This document shows, in pieces, positions 36,272 to 48,904 of a stretch of 64,000 bases of DNA (position 1 is the stretch's first letter; each line of letters opens with the position of its first letter). The stretch is from Malacoraja senta (Eukaryota), in NCBI GenBank assembly GCA_038087875.1, contig CM075990.1, positions 2,606,001 to 2,670,000 of the forward strand, given 5' to 3'. The position numbers and the translations under genes are program-made. The notes under the pieces are model-generated. The model did not search any database. It saw only the letters and a program-made list of their open reading frames with translations, and had not been told where the DNA came from.

Positions 36272-37051
36272 TCATGTCTGAGACTTCTTTCGAAACGTCG
36301 ATGATACATTGATCCATACTCTACATCACACCAGAGATAAATGGTGTCTTTTGGTTCAATGCAAGTGGCATCCAGGAATGAAATGACCTCAGTGGTATGT
36401 TCGGCTACCTGCAGAATATTAACTGACTACAGTAATACAGTGACAATTCCCTCAATCAAAGCAAATGATGTGTGCATTGCCCTAGAAATATAAATAGTTG
36501 ATTTAAATGCCTGTGAAAAGTCAACTTGCACACTCATTACAACTGATCTAATGTTGCAGTGAAAGACCTGTCATTCACAGGGCAGTCCATGCCCTATGCA
36601 AAAGCTATTCATCTGATCTGTTCTAAAAAAGGTTAATTCCAAAGTAATAGGAATTTGTTCAGAATTAAATGTGGCATTAAATTGATTAAATGGAACAAGC
36701 TCGAGCTAGTTCGGTGCAAGCTCCTTGATATTCTGCACCCTGCATTAGGGGTGAGATTCATTCCACAATCAAGCTCACCATTTTTGTAATGTAGGCACCA
36801 GAAACTGCAGATGCCTGGTTTACAAGATATAAACCAGCATCTTTTTTTTTCATCATCCTGACCCGCTGAGTTACTCCAGCACTTTGTATTTATATTCGGT
36901 ATAAACCAGCATCTGCAGTTCTGAGTCTGAGGAAAGGTTCCGACCCAAAACGTCATCCATAACTGTTTTCCCCACAGTTGCTGCCTGAGCTGCTGAGTTA
37001 CTGTCTTTGGGGTCATCGTTCGACACGAGAGAAAATCCAGGCGGTCACAGG

Positions 37052-37490
37052 AAACATAGAAACATAGAAAATAGGTGCAGGAGTAGGCCATTCGGCCCTT
37101 CGAGCCTGCACCGCCATTCAATATGATCATGGCTGATCATCCAACTCAGTATCCCGTACCTGCCTTCTCTCCATACCCCCTGATCCCTTTAGCCACAAGG
37201 GCCACATCTAACTCCCTCTTAAATATAGCCAATGAACTGGCCTCGACTACCCTCTGTGGCAGAGAGTTCCAGAGATTCACCACTCTCTGTGTGAAAAAAG
37301 TTCTTCTCATCTCGGTTTTAAAGGATTTCCCCCTTATCCTTAAGCTGTGACCCCTTGTCCTGGACTTCCCCAACATCGGGAGCAATCTTCCTGCATCTAG
37401 CCTGTCCAACCCCTTAAGAATTTTGTAAGTTTCTATAAGATCCCCTCTCAATCTCCTAAATTCTGGAGAGTATAAATTAAGTCTATCCAG
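37052..37490 (-). mobile_element. Young CR1 3' end inserted in a SINE
   Basis: Near-identical to 3576-4141; SINE pieces either side. Confidence 0.95.
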
Positions 37491-38010
37491 GAAGAACGTA
37501 CAAACTCCACACAGACAGCACCCGAGGGTGGAATCGAACCCGGGTCTCCGGCACCGTGAAGCAGCAACTCTACCACCTGCGCCACTGTGCCGTACAGCAC
37601 AGTGACTGTGTCTTGGGGCCACCATGTCTGTGTCAACCATGATGCCACATTAAACTAATCCCATCTGCCTTAACATGTGATGGTTTTCCTCGAGTCCTTG
37701 CCTTTCACGTGCCCATCTTAAATAATGCTAACATTTCTGCCTCTATCACCACTCCTGGCAGCACAGCCCAGGCACCTGGCACTCTATGTATCCAAAACTC
37801 TGTATAGCAAATCCCCTTTACATTTTCTGTCTCTTACCATAAACCTGTGCCTTTATCTGACATCTCCCCACTAGAACGAGACGAACAATCTAACCTGTCA
37901 GCACATCTTATAATTTTATATACTTCTAAAAAGTATTGCCCAGGCCAACCAACACCTACACTAGTCCCACCTGCCTGACTTGGCCCATATCCCTCTAAAC
38001 CTTTCCTATC

Positions 38011-38386
38011 CTCCGTAGAGGCAACTGTGGAGGCCTCAATAGGCCTGACTTTGGGTGAACTGGGGTTGGGGACTGGACATTGTGCCTTCCCCCACAGTGG
38101 TAATCATTGTGGGGGGATGATTTTTGTGTGTAAATGATATTTTATTTTATGTCCAAGATGGCTGCCGGAAGGAGGGTGGACGCTGGTGCGCTTTATCAGC
38201 CGCTGCTCTCTCTTCCATATTGTGTTTTTGATTTTTGTTTTTGGATTGAATTCTCTCTTTAATTTGTGTACTCGTGATGTCTTTATTATTTATTTCATTC
38301 CGCTTACATGTTTCTACTATTTGTTAAACTTAAAAGGTGTCCTTGAGACTTTTGAAAGGCGCCCATAAATAAAATGTATTATTATT
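38011..38386 (+). mobile_element. GC-rich structured retroposon, copy A2 (5'-truncated)
   Basis: Homologous to 8834-9230; core hairpin 38088-38117; AAATAAAATG(TAT)n tail. Confidence 0.85.
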
Positions 38387-38647
38387 ATCTATGTACCTGT
38401 CCATATGTCTTCATTAAAATTTGATATACTTCTTAATAGGTGCTCCGACAGATTAATCTGGAGTATGGTGTAGCCACATTTGGAGTATTGTGTTCAGTTT
38501 TGGTCTGCCTGCTGTAGTGAAGATGCTGTTAAGCTCTAAAGAATGCAGAGAAGATTTACAAGGATATCGCCAGGATTCGAGGGCCTGAGCTATAGGGAGA
38601 GGTGAGGCAGGTTAGGACTCTATTCCTTGGAGGATGAGAGATGCTTT

Positions 38648-38970
38648 TTAGTTTAGTTGAGTTTAGAGATTCAGCGCGGAAACAGGCCCTTCGGCCCACC
38701 GGATCCGCGCCGACCAGCGATCCCCGCACATTAACACTATCCTACACGCACTAGGGACAATTTACACTTACACCAAGCCAATTAACCTACAATCCTGTAC
38801 GTCTTTGGAGTGTGGGAGGAAACCGAAGAACTCGGAGAAACCCCACGCAGGTCACGGGGAGAGGGTACAAACTCCGTACAGACAGCACCCGTAGTCGGGA
38901 TCAAACCCGGGTCTCCGGCGTTGCATTCGCTGTAAGGCAGTAACTCTACCGCTGCTCCACCGTGCCGCCC
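38648..38970 (-). mobile_element. HE1-like V-SINE
   Basis: Canonical sequence; interrupts a CR1 fragment. Confidence 0.9.
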
Positions 38971-39129
38971 TTATAAAAGTGCATAAGGTCATGAGGGGAA
39001 TAGAGTGAGTGAGTGAGAGAAAGTGTGTGTGTGTGTGCATATGGTCAATTGTTCTTCATTATCACATGTACAAACATACAGTGAAACTCTTTTTCTTACA
39101 TGCAGTTCGGTAAAGTATTGCCATACCTA

Positions 39130-39565
39130 AGCACAACCCCTGATTAGCCCAAAGTGCGTAGAAATCGTCCACGGAGGCCGCGTGCATGAGTCGCCAGGTT
39201 TTTGCGTCATTTCCAAAGTCCAGTCCGGTCCGCGCGCCCGGTCTCCTGTAGCGGGTCCTGATCCAGGCGAGCCCCAGGCTGCTGCAGGGCCTCCAGCCGT
39301 CGCCTCCGTCTGGAACGTCCAGCAAACCGGCGTCCCTCTCCTCGCCCGGCCGCCTGCAGCCCTTGTGGCCCGGGGAGGGAGGGGAGCCTCCCGCAGCCCA
39401 CCGTGAGGCCGCAGAAGGAAGGTGATACCCAGGTTCACTCTCCTACTGGCGATTGTTCTTGTGTCCATCGGCACCCTCCGTCCTCCTCTCCGGTTCTCCG
39501 GTGCTCGGGAGACGAGCAGGGGCCGGCTCGGCATTCCTTCCTTCTGGCCACGTGGCTCACCGATC
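39130..39565 (-). mobile_element. Probable degraded Tx1-like LINE C-terminal fragment
   Basis: GC-rich; terminal peptide ..HAASVDDFYALWANQGLC resembles Tx1 ORF2 ends; frameshifted. Confidence 0.45.
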
Positions 39566-39566
39566 T

Positions 39567-40110
39567 TGTGTGTGTGTGTGTGTGTGTGTGTGTATGGGTG
39601 TGGAAGTGGGTGTGAGTGTGTGTGGGTTTGGGTGTGAGTGTGTATGGGTGTATATGTGTGTGTGTGTGGGTGTGGATGTGGGTGTGAGTGTGTGTGTATG
39701 TGGGCGTGAATGTGTGGGTTTGGGTGTGAGTGTGTGTGAGTGTGTATGGGTGTGTATGTGTGTGTATGTGTGGGTGTGTAAGTTTGGGTGTGAGTGTGTG
39801 TGTACTTGGGTGAGTGTGTGTGTGTATATGTTTGCGTGTGTGTGTATGGGGGGTGTGTATGGCTGCGTGTGTGTGTATGGGTGTGTGTGTATATGTCTGC
39901 GTGTGTGTATATGGGTGTGTGTGGGTGTATGGGTGCGTGTGTGTATGGGTGTGTGTGCATGTGTGTGTTTATGGGTGTGTGTGCATGTGTGTGTATATGT
40001 GTATGTACACACAAGAGTGAGTGTGTGTTTGTGTGCGTGAGTGAGTGAAAGTGTGAGTGTGAGAGAGAGAGAGTGAGCGAGAATGTGTGTGTGCGGCATG
40101 TGTGTGTGTG
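39567..40110. repeat. Compound (TG)n-rich low-complexity tract
   Basis: Direct reading. Confidence 0.95.
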
Positions 40111-40758
40111 TTTGCACACTTACACCTCACTAAGCAAAACATTGGGCTCAGCCAGCGTTCTCGGTGGCTCTCCTATTTAGGTTCATGCAAGGATACCAAC
40201 AATCCGTGTGTCCCTGTACCTCGCGGCAGTCAGAGTGCAGTAAACATCAACACTGGCCTTGTGGCTATCCGTTCTGATCCCTTTTTAAAAACCTCTCCAC
40301 TGACATTCCCCATTCGACACGACATCTCCATGGTAGGTTTCATCTGAGATAAATATGCAGGAGAAACTGATACAGGGAGAATGTTGAGACAGACATTGGA
40401 CATATGTTGGAGTAATTGGGTAGCAAATTTTCGCCTGTGTTACTGGCGTCTCCAAAGAAAAGATCTTTGACGACAACAAAAGCCAAGGACCCAGCAATCT
40501 ACAGTTTCACTCGATGACCCTTGGGAGACTTCAGATAGCAAAATACATAAAAGTTGCGTTTTGTACTTACGCCTGTCACATTACACCCTTAACGGGTTTC
40601 CTCATATTGTCTCTCCCTTGTCAGCTTCTGCCGTGCACCTGGGTCTCATGTTCCTAATTAGTCTCATTTAATTAATTATATTCTGCCGCGCATCTCCACA
40701 GCCAATCCTTTTATTAACTTTGAACACGTCGAGGCAGGGCAGCAATCAGCCTCGAGAG

Positions 40759-40960
40759 GAAGAAGAAGAAGAAGAAGAAGTAGAAGAAGAAGAAGAAGAA
40801 GAAGAAGAAGAAGAAGAAGAAGAAGAAGAAGAAGAAGAAGAAGAAGAAGAAGAAGAAGAAGAAAGAAGAAGAAGAAGAAGAAGAAGAAGAAGAAGAAGAA
40901 GAAGAGAAGAAGAAGAAGAAGAAGAAGAAGAAGAAGAAGAAGAAGGAAAAGAAGAAGAGA
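40759..40960. repeat. (GAA)n microsatellite, ~200 bp
   Basis: Direct reading. Confidence 0.97.
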
Positions 40961-41203
40961 AAAAAATTAAAAGGACGGAGGATATCTTCGTTTCGTTTTC
41001 AGCATCCTTGTTGGATTTCTCTCCAAAATAAAAAGGAGGGGTGACGTGGAAAGATCGGAGCAACAAGGCATTCCTTGTCGTTCAGTTAACCTTCTGTCAC
41101 CCGCAGCATGTTCATCCTTTCCCCCAATCCTCAAGCCTTATGTCACGCAGTGAAACAGGGCCTTCTGTCCAAAGCACACAGTGAATCCATTGAAAAAACT
41201 ATT

Positions 41204-41494
41204 GGGGCAGCAGTAGAGTTGCTGCCTCACAGCGCCAGAGTCCCGGGTTCGATCCTGACTATTGGTGCTTGTCAGTACGGAGTTTGCACGTTCTCCCCGT
41301 GACCTGCGTGGGCTTTCTCCGGGTGCGCCGGTTTCCTCCCACACTCGAAAGACCTACAGGTTTGTTGTTTAATTGGCTTCGGTAAAAATTGTAAATTAGT
41401 GTGTAGGATAGTGCTAGTGTACGGGGTGATCACTGGTCGGTGGCGACTCAGTTGGGCCGAAGGATCTGTTTTTGCACTGTATCTCTCTAAAGTC
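41204..41494 (+). mobile_element. HE1-like V-SINE
   Basis: B box, central domain, tail. Confidence 0.9.
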
Positions 41495-41497
41495 TAA

Positions 41498-41790
41498 TAG
41501 CCATGTCCCACGGTACGAGTTCATTCCAAGAGCTCTCCCGAGTTTTAAAAAAATCAAACTCGCGGTAAGCACGGGGAATGAACGTAGCGGGTACGTCGGA
41601 GCTCGGGGACGTCTCTTAGCGCTAACGGCAGGTAAGCACGGGAAGACTCGTGAAGATTTTTCAACATGATGAAAAATGTCCACGAGAGCCCCGAGTACCG
41701 ACGAGTGGCCATTACCGTAAATCTCCGAGTTCGAATCAAGGCAAACTCGGGAGAACTCTTGGAATGAACTCGTACCGTGGGACAGGGCTT
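41498..41790. mobile_element. MITE, PIF/Harbinger-like
   Basis: 47-bp TIRs (41499-41545 / 41743-41789, 2 mismatches) starting AGCC(A/C)TGTCCCAC; flanks TAA / TTA. Confidence 0.85.
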
Positions 41791-42037
41791 TTAAGCTGTA
41801 TACTATAAGCCTGTTGATGGGACCAGACCTACTGTAGTCTACCTGCAGGGAGCATAATCTTACACATTTTCCACATATAAAAATCCAGTTATCCAAGCAA
41901 TTGCAAAACTATTGGTGCAATGTATTTCTGACATGCTCTGGAATAAGCTGATGCTGCCAAAGATATTTTTTTATTCCTCAGCGACGCAGCTTTTGATGTC
42001 ATTAAACAACAGGAGGTTGGCGAGTGAGCCAGGTCAC

Positions 42038-42338
42038 GGGCGGAACAGTGGCGCAGCGATAGAGTTGCTGCCTCACAGCACCAGAGACCCCAGTTCGATC
42101 CTGACTACAGGTGCTGTCTGTATGTACGTTCTCCCTGTGACATGCGTGGGATTTCTCTGGGATCTCCGGTTTCCTCCTACACTCCAAAGACATACAGGTT
42201 TGGAGGTTAATTGGCTTCGGTAAAACTGTAAATTGTCCCTCATGTGTAGGATAATGTTAGTGTGTGGAGATCGCTGGTAGGAACGGACTCTCTGGGCCGA
42301 AGGACCAGTTTCTGCGTTGTATCTAAATAAACCAAAAC
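42038..42338 (+). mobile_element. HE1-like V-SINE
   Basis: Canonical sequence. Confidence 0.9.
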
Positions 42339-42776
42339 GAGGTCTAAGGAAATGAAAGGCACCTGTTTAGGCACATTAAAATACAAGATTCCAGCATTTG
42401 CACTCGTTTGAGAAACCGCTGCCTGGACATTTAGTAGAAGGCAAGATCTTCAGTGCTAAGTGGCATTGAATAGCTCATCCCTGTGGAAAAACCATCAGAG
42501 CATCCTACATCACAGTTATTTAATTCACATGTTTAACCGATAATGTTTTATTGTTAATGTTTAATGTTTTATGTGTCATTCCAACTGTCACTGTATGTCA
42601 TGTTGTCACTTGCGGGCAGAGCACCAAGGCAAATTCCTTGTATGTGAATACTTGGCCAATAAAGTTATTCATTCATTCATTCATTCATTCATTCATTTAG
42701 TGAGCAGCGTAGACTGAGGCCTGGGTCTAGGAGGGAGTGTTGAAGATAGGAAGGTTTAGAACAGCCACTGTCCAAT

Positions 42777-43542
42777 AGGGGCGCTGCATTGAAGGCGCCT
42801 CTGCCTACAGCCTGTCCGTTTTTTCTATATTTTTTTAATTTTAGTTTGTCTAAACAGTTTTGGGGATACTTTAGTTTTTCTATGTGGGGGAGGGGGGGAG
42901 GGTAAGGGGGAAACCGTTTCCCAGTCGCTTCCTGGCGAGGACGCGACTATTTCTCCAAGTCGCGTCCTCCCCCCCACCTCGCGGCCTACCACTGGTTCGG
43001 AGCAGTCTTTCCTACCAGAGACCGGGGCCCGGACCAGAGCTTCGGCAGCAGCGGCGCGGCGCTGGATTCACCACGGAGCAGGCGGTGCCTTCCTGGATCG
43101 CCGTATGAGGCTCCGGAGCGTTGGGCGGTGCTGACTCCAACATCGCGTAGTCCCTGGGGCCCTTTGCAGAGGGCCGCCAGCGTTGAATCTCCGCCTGTGG
43201 ACGTCGTGAGCCGCGGAATCCGGTGGGAAGCGGCCGTTTTGGAGGTCCAAGCCGCTGTGGTTGGCCTCCCGTTCGGAGTTCCAACATCCCGGCGAGCGGG
43301 CCTGAGCGGCGGGCTGCCCGTAGCGGCGACTGCAGAGGGCTCCGGAGGCCCCGACCACGGGTGAACATGAAAGGAAGATGACTGACTTTGGTGCCTTCCC
43401 TCACAGTGGGAAACTTTTAATTCTGTTGTGTGGGGATGTTTTATGTTGAACTCTATCGTGTGTTGTATTCTTTATTTTTATTGTATTGCTGTATGGTGAT
43501 CAACTGGCACGTGACAAATAAATGTATCTTGTATCTTGTGTC
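42777..43542 (+). mobile_element. GC-rich structured retroposon, copy C (full length), (TATCTTG)n tail
   Basis: Head CCTACAGCCTGTCCGT, T tract, GGGGGAAAC, perfect 12-bp hairpin 42937-42969, core 43397-43436. Confidence 0.8.
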
Positions 43543-43664
43543 TGGTGAGATTGGACCAAGGAGACACAAGGTTCAATGGCTCTTTTATTTTCGCATGTAC
43601 AAACGCACAATGAAATCATTTTCTTACATTCATACCTGTAGAGTGTTGCCATACCCAAGCACAT

Positions 43665-44032
43665 CTCATGTACAAAATCAAGAAAGGATTAGATCAGGTG
43701 GACGCACAGAGTCTCATGCGCAGAGTAGGGGATTCAAGAACCAGAGGACATAGGTTAAAGGTGAGGGGGGAAATTAATAGGAACCTGAGAGGTAACATTT
43801 TCACACAAAGGGTGGTGGGTGTATGGAATGAGCAGCCGGAGGAGGTAGTTGAGGCTGGGACTAATGCATCGTTTCAGAAATAGACAGGTACATGGATAGG
43901 ACAAGTTTGGAGGGATATGGGCCAAATGCAGGCAGATGGGACTAGTGTAGATGGGACATGTTGGATGGTGTGGGCAAGTTGGGCCGAAGGGCCTGTTTCC
44001 ATGCTGTAAGACTCTATGAATCTATGACTCTA
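43665..44032 (+). mobile_element. CR1 LINE 3' end
   Basis: YKIKKGLDQVDAQSL..RTRGHRLKV..FTQRVVGVWN. Confidence 0.9.
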
Positions 44033-44496
44033 TCTTGATTAGCAAGTGTACAGAAATAGTCCACTGAGCCCGCTTGCAAGAGGAGCCGTGTTTTGGCACC
44101 ATTTCAAATCTAGTCCGCACTAATCAGGAAGTGCAAATGCTGGAATCTTGAGCCAAACACAAATTGCTGGAAGAATTCAGCGGGTCAGGCAGCATCTGTG
44201 GTGGGAATGGACAGGCAATATTTCCAGTCGGGACAATCCCCAATTGGCAAAGTGTACAGTTATAGTCCGCCAAGCCCGCTACAAGAGCGCCGTGTTTTGG
44301 CGCCATTTTCATAGTCGAGTCTGCGCTCTAGGTTTGAACAGTGGCTCCGATCCAGGGGCCTCCAGCCATCGCCTTCCTTGGACATGTGGATCGACCAGCG
44401 AACTGACGTCCCTCTACTCTCCTCTCCTCTCCTCGCCCGTCCACCATTGTGCCCCAGGGGCGCCTCCTGCAGCCGACCTCGAGGGCACAGAGTGTC

Positions 44497-45175
44497 GAGT
44501 TTGAGTTTATTGTCACGTGCTGTGATGCATCTCGAGAAAATGCTTTCCACGGCGCATCTATAGAAGTTGGTGAGAGTTGTAGGGGACATGCCGAACTTCC
44601 TAAGCCTTCTAAGGAAGTAGAGGCTTTTGTGTGCTTGCTTGATCATTGCTTCAATATGGGAGGTCCAGGAGACGTTGTTGGTGATATTTATTCCTAGGAA
44701 TTTCAACCATCTCTACCTCGGCACCGTCAATGCAAACTGGGGCATGTGGACCGCTTCACTTCCTGAAGTCCATCACTATCTCCTTTGTCTTGCTGACATT
44801 GAGAGGAAGGTTGTTGTCTCGACACCAAGACACGAGGTTCTCAATCTCCTTCCCGTACTCAATCTCATCATTATTTGATATCCGGCCCACAATGGTGGTG
44901 TCGTCTGTGAATTTGAAAATGGAATTAGATTTGTACATTGCTGCACAGTGGTGGGTGTACAAGGCATAAAGAAGAGGCTGAGAACACATCCTTGCGGAAC
45001 CCCCGTGTTGATGATTATCGTGGAGGATGATTTGTCCCCTATCCTCACTGATTGGGGTCTGTTGGTCAGGAAGTTGAGGATCCAGTTGCAGAGGTGAGTG
45101 CTGACACCAAGTCCCGTGAGTTTGGTGATGAGCTTGGACGGTATAATGGTGTTAAGGCAGAGCTGTCGTCTATGA
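44497..45175 (-). mobile_element. Rex1/Babar LINE RT fragment, internally deleted
   Basis: [63 protein letters not shown]; jumps from RCITA directly to GTGACAATAAA tail. Confidence 0.9.
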
Positions 45176-45639
45176 ATTGGTTAGACACAAAGTGCTGGAG
45201 TAACTCAGCGGGACAGGCAGCCTCTCTGGAGAGAAGGAATGGGTGACAATTCGGGTCGAGGCCCTTCTTCAGGCTGAGAGTCAGATGGGGAGGGGAACGA
45301 GATATGGAAGGGTACAAAGAACATGTATGGCGTGGAAAGAACAGATCAAAGCAGAAGATGATCAAGGAAATGTGCAATGGTTCATTGTTGGATGAGGGGA
45401 AGTTGACAACGAGGCATACAAACAGTAAAGTCAATCTGGAGGACAGTGAAACTAGGGTGGGGAGGGGTGGAGAGAGGGGAAAGCAAGGGTTACTCTTTGA
45501 CGTAAACTAGTATCTGCAGCTCCTTCCGACACGTTTTGCCTATGAATTGGTCTGACGTAGGTGTCAGACTGCGTAGCTGCTGAAGAATATTAAGAGGACT
45601 TCAGCTGCTGGAACTAGTGTCCAAGGATATGATTTTTCT

Positions 45640-45934
45640 GTTTAGTTTAGTTTAGTTAAGAGATACAGTGTGGAAACAGGCCCTTCGGCCCACCGACTCC
45701 GCACCAACCAGCGATCCCCGCACACTAACACTACACACACTAGGGACAATTTACACATACACCAAGCTAATTAACCTACAAACCTGTACGTCTTTGGAGT
45801 GTGGGAGGAAACCGAAGATCTGGAAGAAAACCTACGCAGGTCACAGGGAGAACGTACAAACCCGTAGTTGGGATCGAACCCGGGTCTCTGGCGCGATACG
45901 GCAGTAGCTGTACCGCTGCGCCACCGTGCCGCCC
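45640..45934 (-). mobile_element. HE1-like V-SINE
   Basis: Canonical sequence on minus strand. Confidence 0.9.
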
Positions 45935-46519
45935 TATTGGCCTCTTTTGGACTTTTAGTTCAAATCTGTTAATCAATTCAATTAATCAATTAATCTGTTA
46001 CGAGCCCCAATATTCCTCCAGGTGTATTAATGACGTACATACACACAATGATCTCAGAAGAAAAATTATGAACTTTGCGGGATTCATTGCAAAACCTTGA
46101 TTTTCCATTATGTTTTATGTTTCATTGAAATTGAATCATTTAGTACATAAATATATGATCCAATTTCTGGATGGCTGTGCACACCTAATGTGGTTAGAAA
46201 ATGTCATAAAGCGTCTGAAATAGGATTATTGCCTTATTGGTATTTTCACACTAAAGGTGCAAATTATTGATATCTAATATTCTTCTTTATCAAGTTGCAC
46301 TTGATAGGAATGCATCCTGGTGTGCGGTTTTGCAGACTCTGCTATCTAATTTGTGGATGAAGCCAGTTAATGATCTTACGTCACAGATAATAAAGATATC
46401 ACATGAAATTGGTTCAGATCCTCACCCTAATCCTTTTTCTCATAATCTATTGAACCCACAAAACTTGGCCAGATATCACCCACTCATTGCTCCCTGTGTT
46501 CTTCACCCTCGCTCTCCCA

Positions 46520-46821
46520 CTTTAGACTTTTAGACTTTACATGTAGAGCATGGAAACGGGCCCTTCGGCCCGACGAGTCCGCGCCGACCAGCGATCACTC
46601 CCTACACTAGCACTATCCTACACACACTAGGGACAATTTACAATTGTACAGAAGCCAATTGACCTACAAACCTGTACGTCTTTGGAGTGTTGGAGGAAAC
46701 CGGAGCACCAGGAGAAAACCCATGTAGACACAGGGAGAACGTACAAACTCGGTACAGACAGGATCGAACCCTGGTCCCTGGCGCTGTAAGGCAGCAACTC
46801 CACCGCTGCGCCACCGTGCCG
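46520..46821 (-). mobile_element. HE1-like V-SINE
   Basis: Canonical sequence on minus strand. Confidence 0.9.
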
Positions 46822-47722
46822 CTACTTGTTCCAATTTAAAAAAGAAACCAGGACCTGTATTTAATTAAAATAGACACAAAATGCTGGAGTAACTCAGACT
46901 GAAGAAGGGTTCCGACCCAAAATGTCACCTATTCTTTTTCTCCAGAGATGCTGCCTGACCTGCTGAGTTACTCCAGCATTTTGTGTCGATCTTCAGTATA
47001 AACCTGCATCTGCAGTTTCTTCCTACACCTAGATTTAATTAAATCCTTTCACACTTACAGCATATCCAAACTCTTCCACAGGCGAAGAGGTTCTTTCGAA
47101 GTGTTGGTGCTAATACACTGAAGGACCAGATAAAAAGCCAAACCCTTTACAAGGATGTTGCCAGGACGTGAGGACTAAAGGGAGAGGTTAGGCAGAGTTG
47201 GAGTCTATTCGTTGGCTGAGCGGTGATCTTATAGAGCCATATAAAATCACATGAGTAAAATAGATAGGGCAAATGCACAGTCTTTTCCCCAGAGTAGGGG
47301 AGTCATGAAACAGAGGACATAGGTTTAAGGTGAGGAGGGGAAGATTTAATACGAACCTGAGGGGCAACCTTTTCACACAGAGGGTGGTGGGTGTTTGGAG
47401 TGAGCTGCCAAAGGAGAAAGTTGAGGCAACTTTCAAAAAACACTTGGACAAGTACTAGTACATTGGCCAAACATGGGCCAATGCAATTAGCTAAGAGGGG
47501 ACATCTTGGTCGATATGGACAAGTTAGGCTGAAGGACATGTTTCCATGCTGTACAACTCTATATCTGAGTTTAAAGAGCTCAGTTGCTTTGTGCCCACCT
47601 CTTTTATATTTACTATTTGTACTATCTTATCTTTGATTGGACTTTACTGGACATTATCTTGCACTAAACATCATTCCCTTTATCATGGCCACTGTGATTG
47701 GCTTAATTGTGATCGTGTATTG

Positions 47723-48213
47723 ATCAGGACAAAGTGCCCAACCTAGAAGTATTGGACAGATCCAGCTTCACAAGCATCGAGGCAATGATCATCAAAGCAC
47801 AGCTCCGTTGGACTGGGCATGTCATGAAACCCACATGCCTCGACAGATCTTCTATGGCGTGCTCTCCCAGGGACAAAGGAACCGTGGGCGTTCCAGGAAG
47901 CGGTGCAAAGATTGCGTCAAGGACCATCTCCACTATTGTGGCCTTGCGCCCAAGCAACTGGAAGCCTGCGCCAGCGACAGAACATGCTGGCGCGCAGCAG
48001 TGCGAACAGCTTCGAGGAGCGCTGCCTAGAGCGACTTACCAAAGCCAGGAAGAGGAGGAAGGCTGCCACCCAGAACCCGCCAGCGATGACCTTCATCTGC
48101 CCCCACTGCCCTCGAGTGTGCGCTTCACGAATTGGACTCGGGAGCCATGTCAGAACTCACCAGAATTGAGACTGCACCACCCGCCATCATCGTTACTGGC
48201 GGGCCAGCACTAA
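47723..48213 (+). mobile_element. 5'-truncated RTE-clade LINE 3' end
   Basis: QDKVPNLEVL..AQLRWTGHV, MPRQIFYG..RGRSRKRCKD..ASDRTCWR, CPHCPRVCASRIGLGSHVRTH; TSD ATC(G/A)TGTATTG at 47712-47722 and 48214-48224 inside a Rex1 3'UTR. Confidence 0.9.
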
Positions 48214-48461
48214 ATCATGTATTGTCTTTCCGCTGACTGGTTAGCACGCAACAAAAGCTTTTAACTGTACCTCGGTACACGTGACAATAAACTAAACTAA
48301 ACTAAACTAGACCAAACTAAACTAAACTAAACTAAACTAAACTAAACTAGACCAAACTAAACTAATGTACCCAAAGTTGTGCTTCCTCATTTGTGCCTGT
48401 GTTCCCTCCTATACATAATCACCAGGGCTTCACTTCTTGACCCATGTTAGACCGACCATAA

Positions 48462-48778
48462 ACGGCACGGTGGTGCAGCAGTGGAGTTGCTGCCTTCCAG
48501 AGCTTGCAGGGCCGGAGACCCGGGTTCGATCCCAACGGGTGCTGTCTGTACGGAGTTTGTACGTTCTCCCCGTGACAGCGTGGGTTTTCTCCGAGATCTT
48601 TGGTTTCGGTCCACACTCCAAAGACATACAGGTATGTAGGTAAATTGGCTTGGTAAATGTAAAAATTGTCCCTCGTGGAGGATAGTGTTAATATGCGGGG
48701 ATCGCTGGTCAGCACGGACTCAGTGGGCCGAAGGGCCTGTTTCCACGCTGTATCTCTAAACTAAACTAAACTAAACTA
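48462..48778 (+). mobile_element. HE1-like V-SINE
   Basis: Canonical sequence. Confidence 0.9.
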
Positions 48779-48904
48779 TGAGTATATATTAACATCTTTG
48801 AGCGCTTCTCAATTGCAACTTAACCACTAATGCTCATAAGAAAAGTCGCACAGTGCTGGAGCAACTCAGCGGGTCAGGCAGCATCTCTGGGAACATGGAT
48901 AGAT

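Noticed and set aside
39127..40119. 330-aa His/Thr-rich ORF and overlapping Cys/Val-rich ORFs
   Set aside because: Translations of the (TG/CA)n tract, which lacks stops by composition
40720..41066. Poly-Glu/Arg and poly-Ser/Leu ORFs
   Set aside because: Translation of the (GAA)n microsatellite
44260..44706. Peptide resembling DUF1891 / ALKBH8 N-terminal annotations
   Set aside because: It is the Rex1/Babar ORF2 C-terminal region, present as many broken copies; not a host gene
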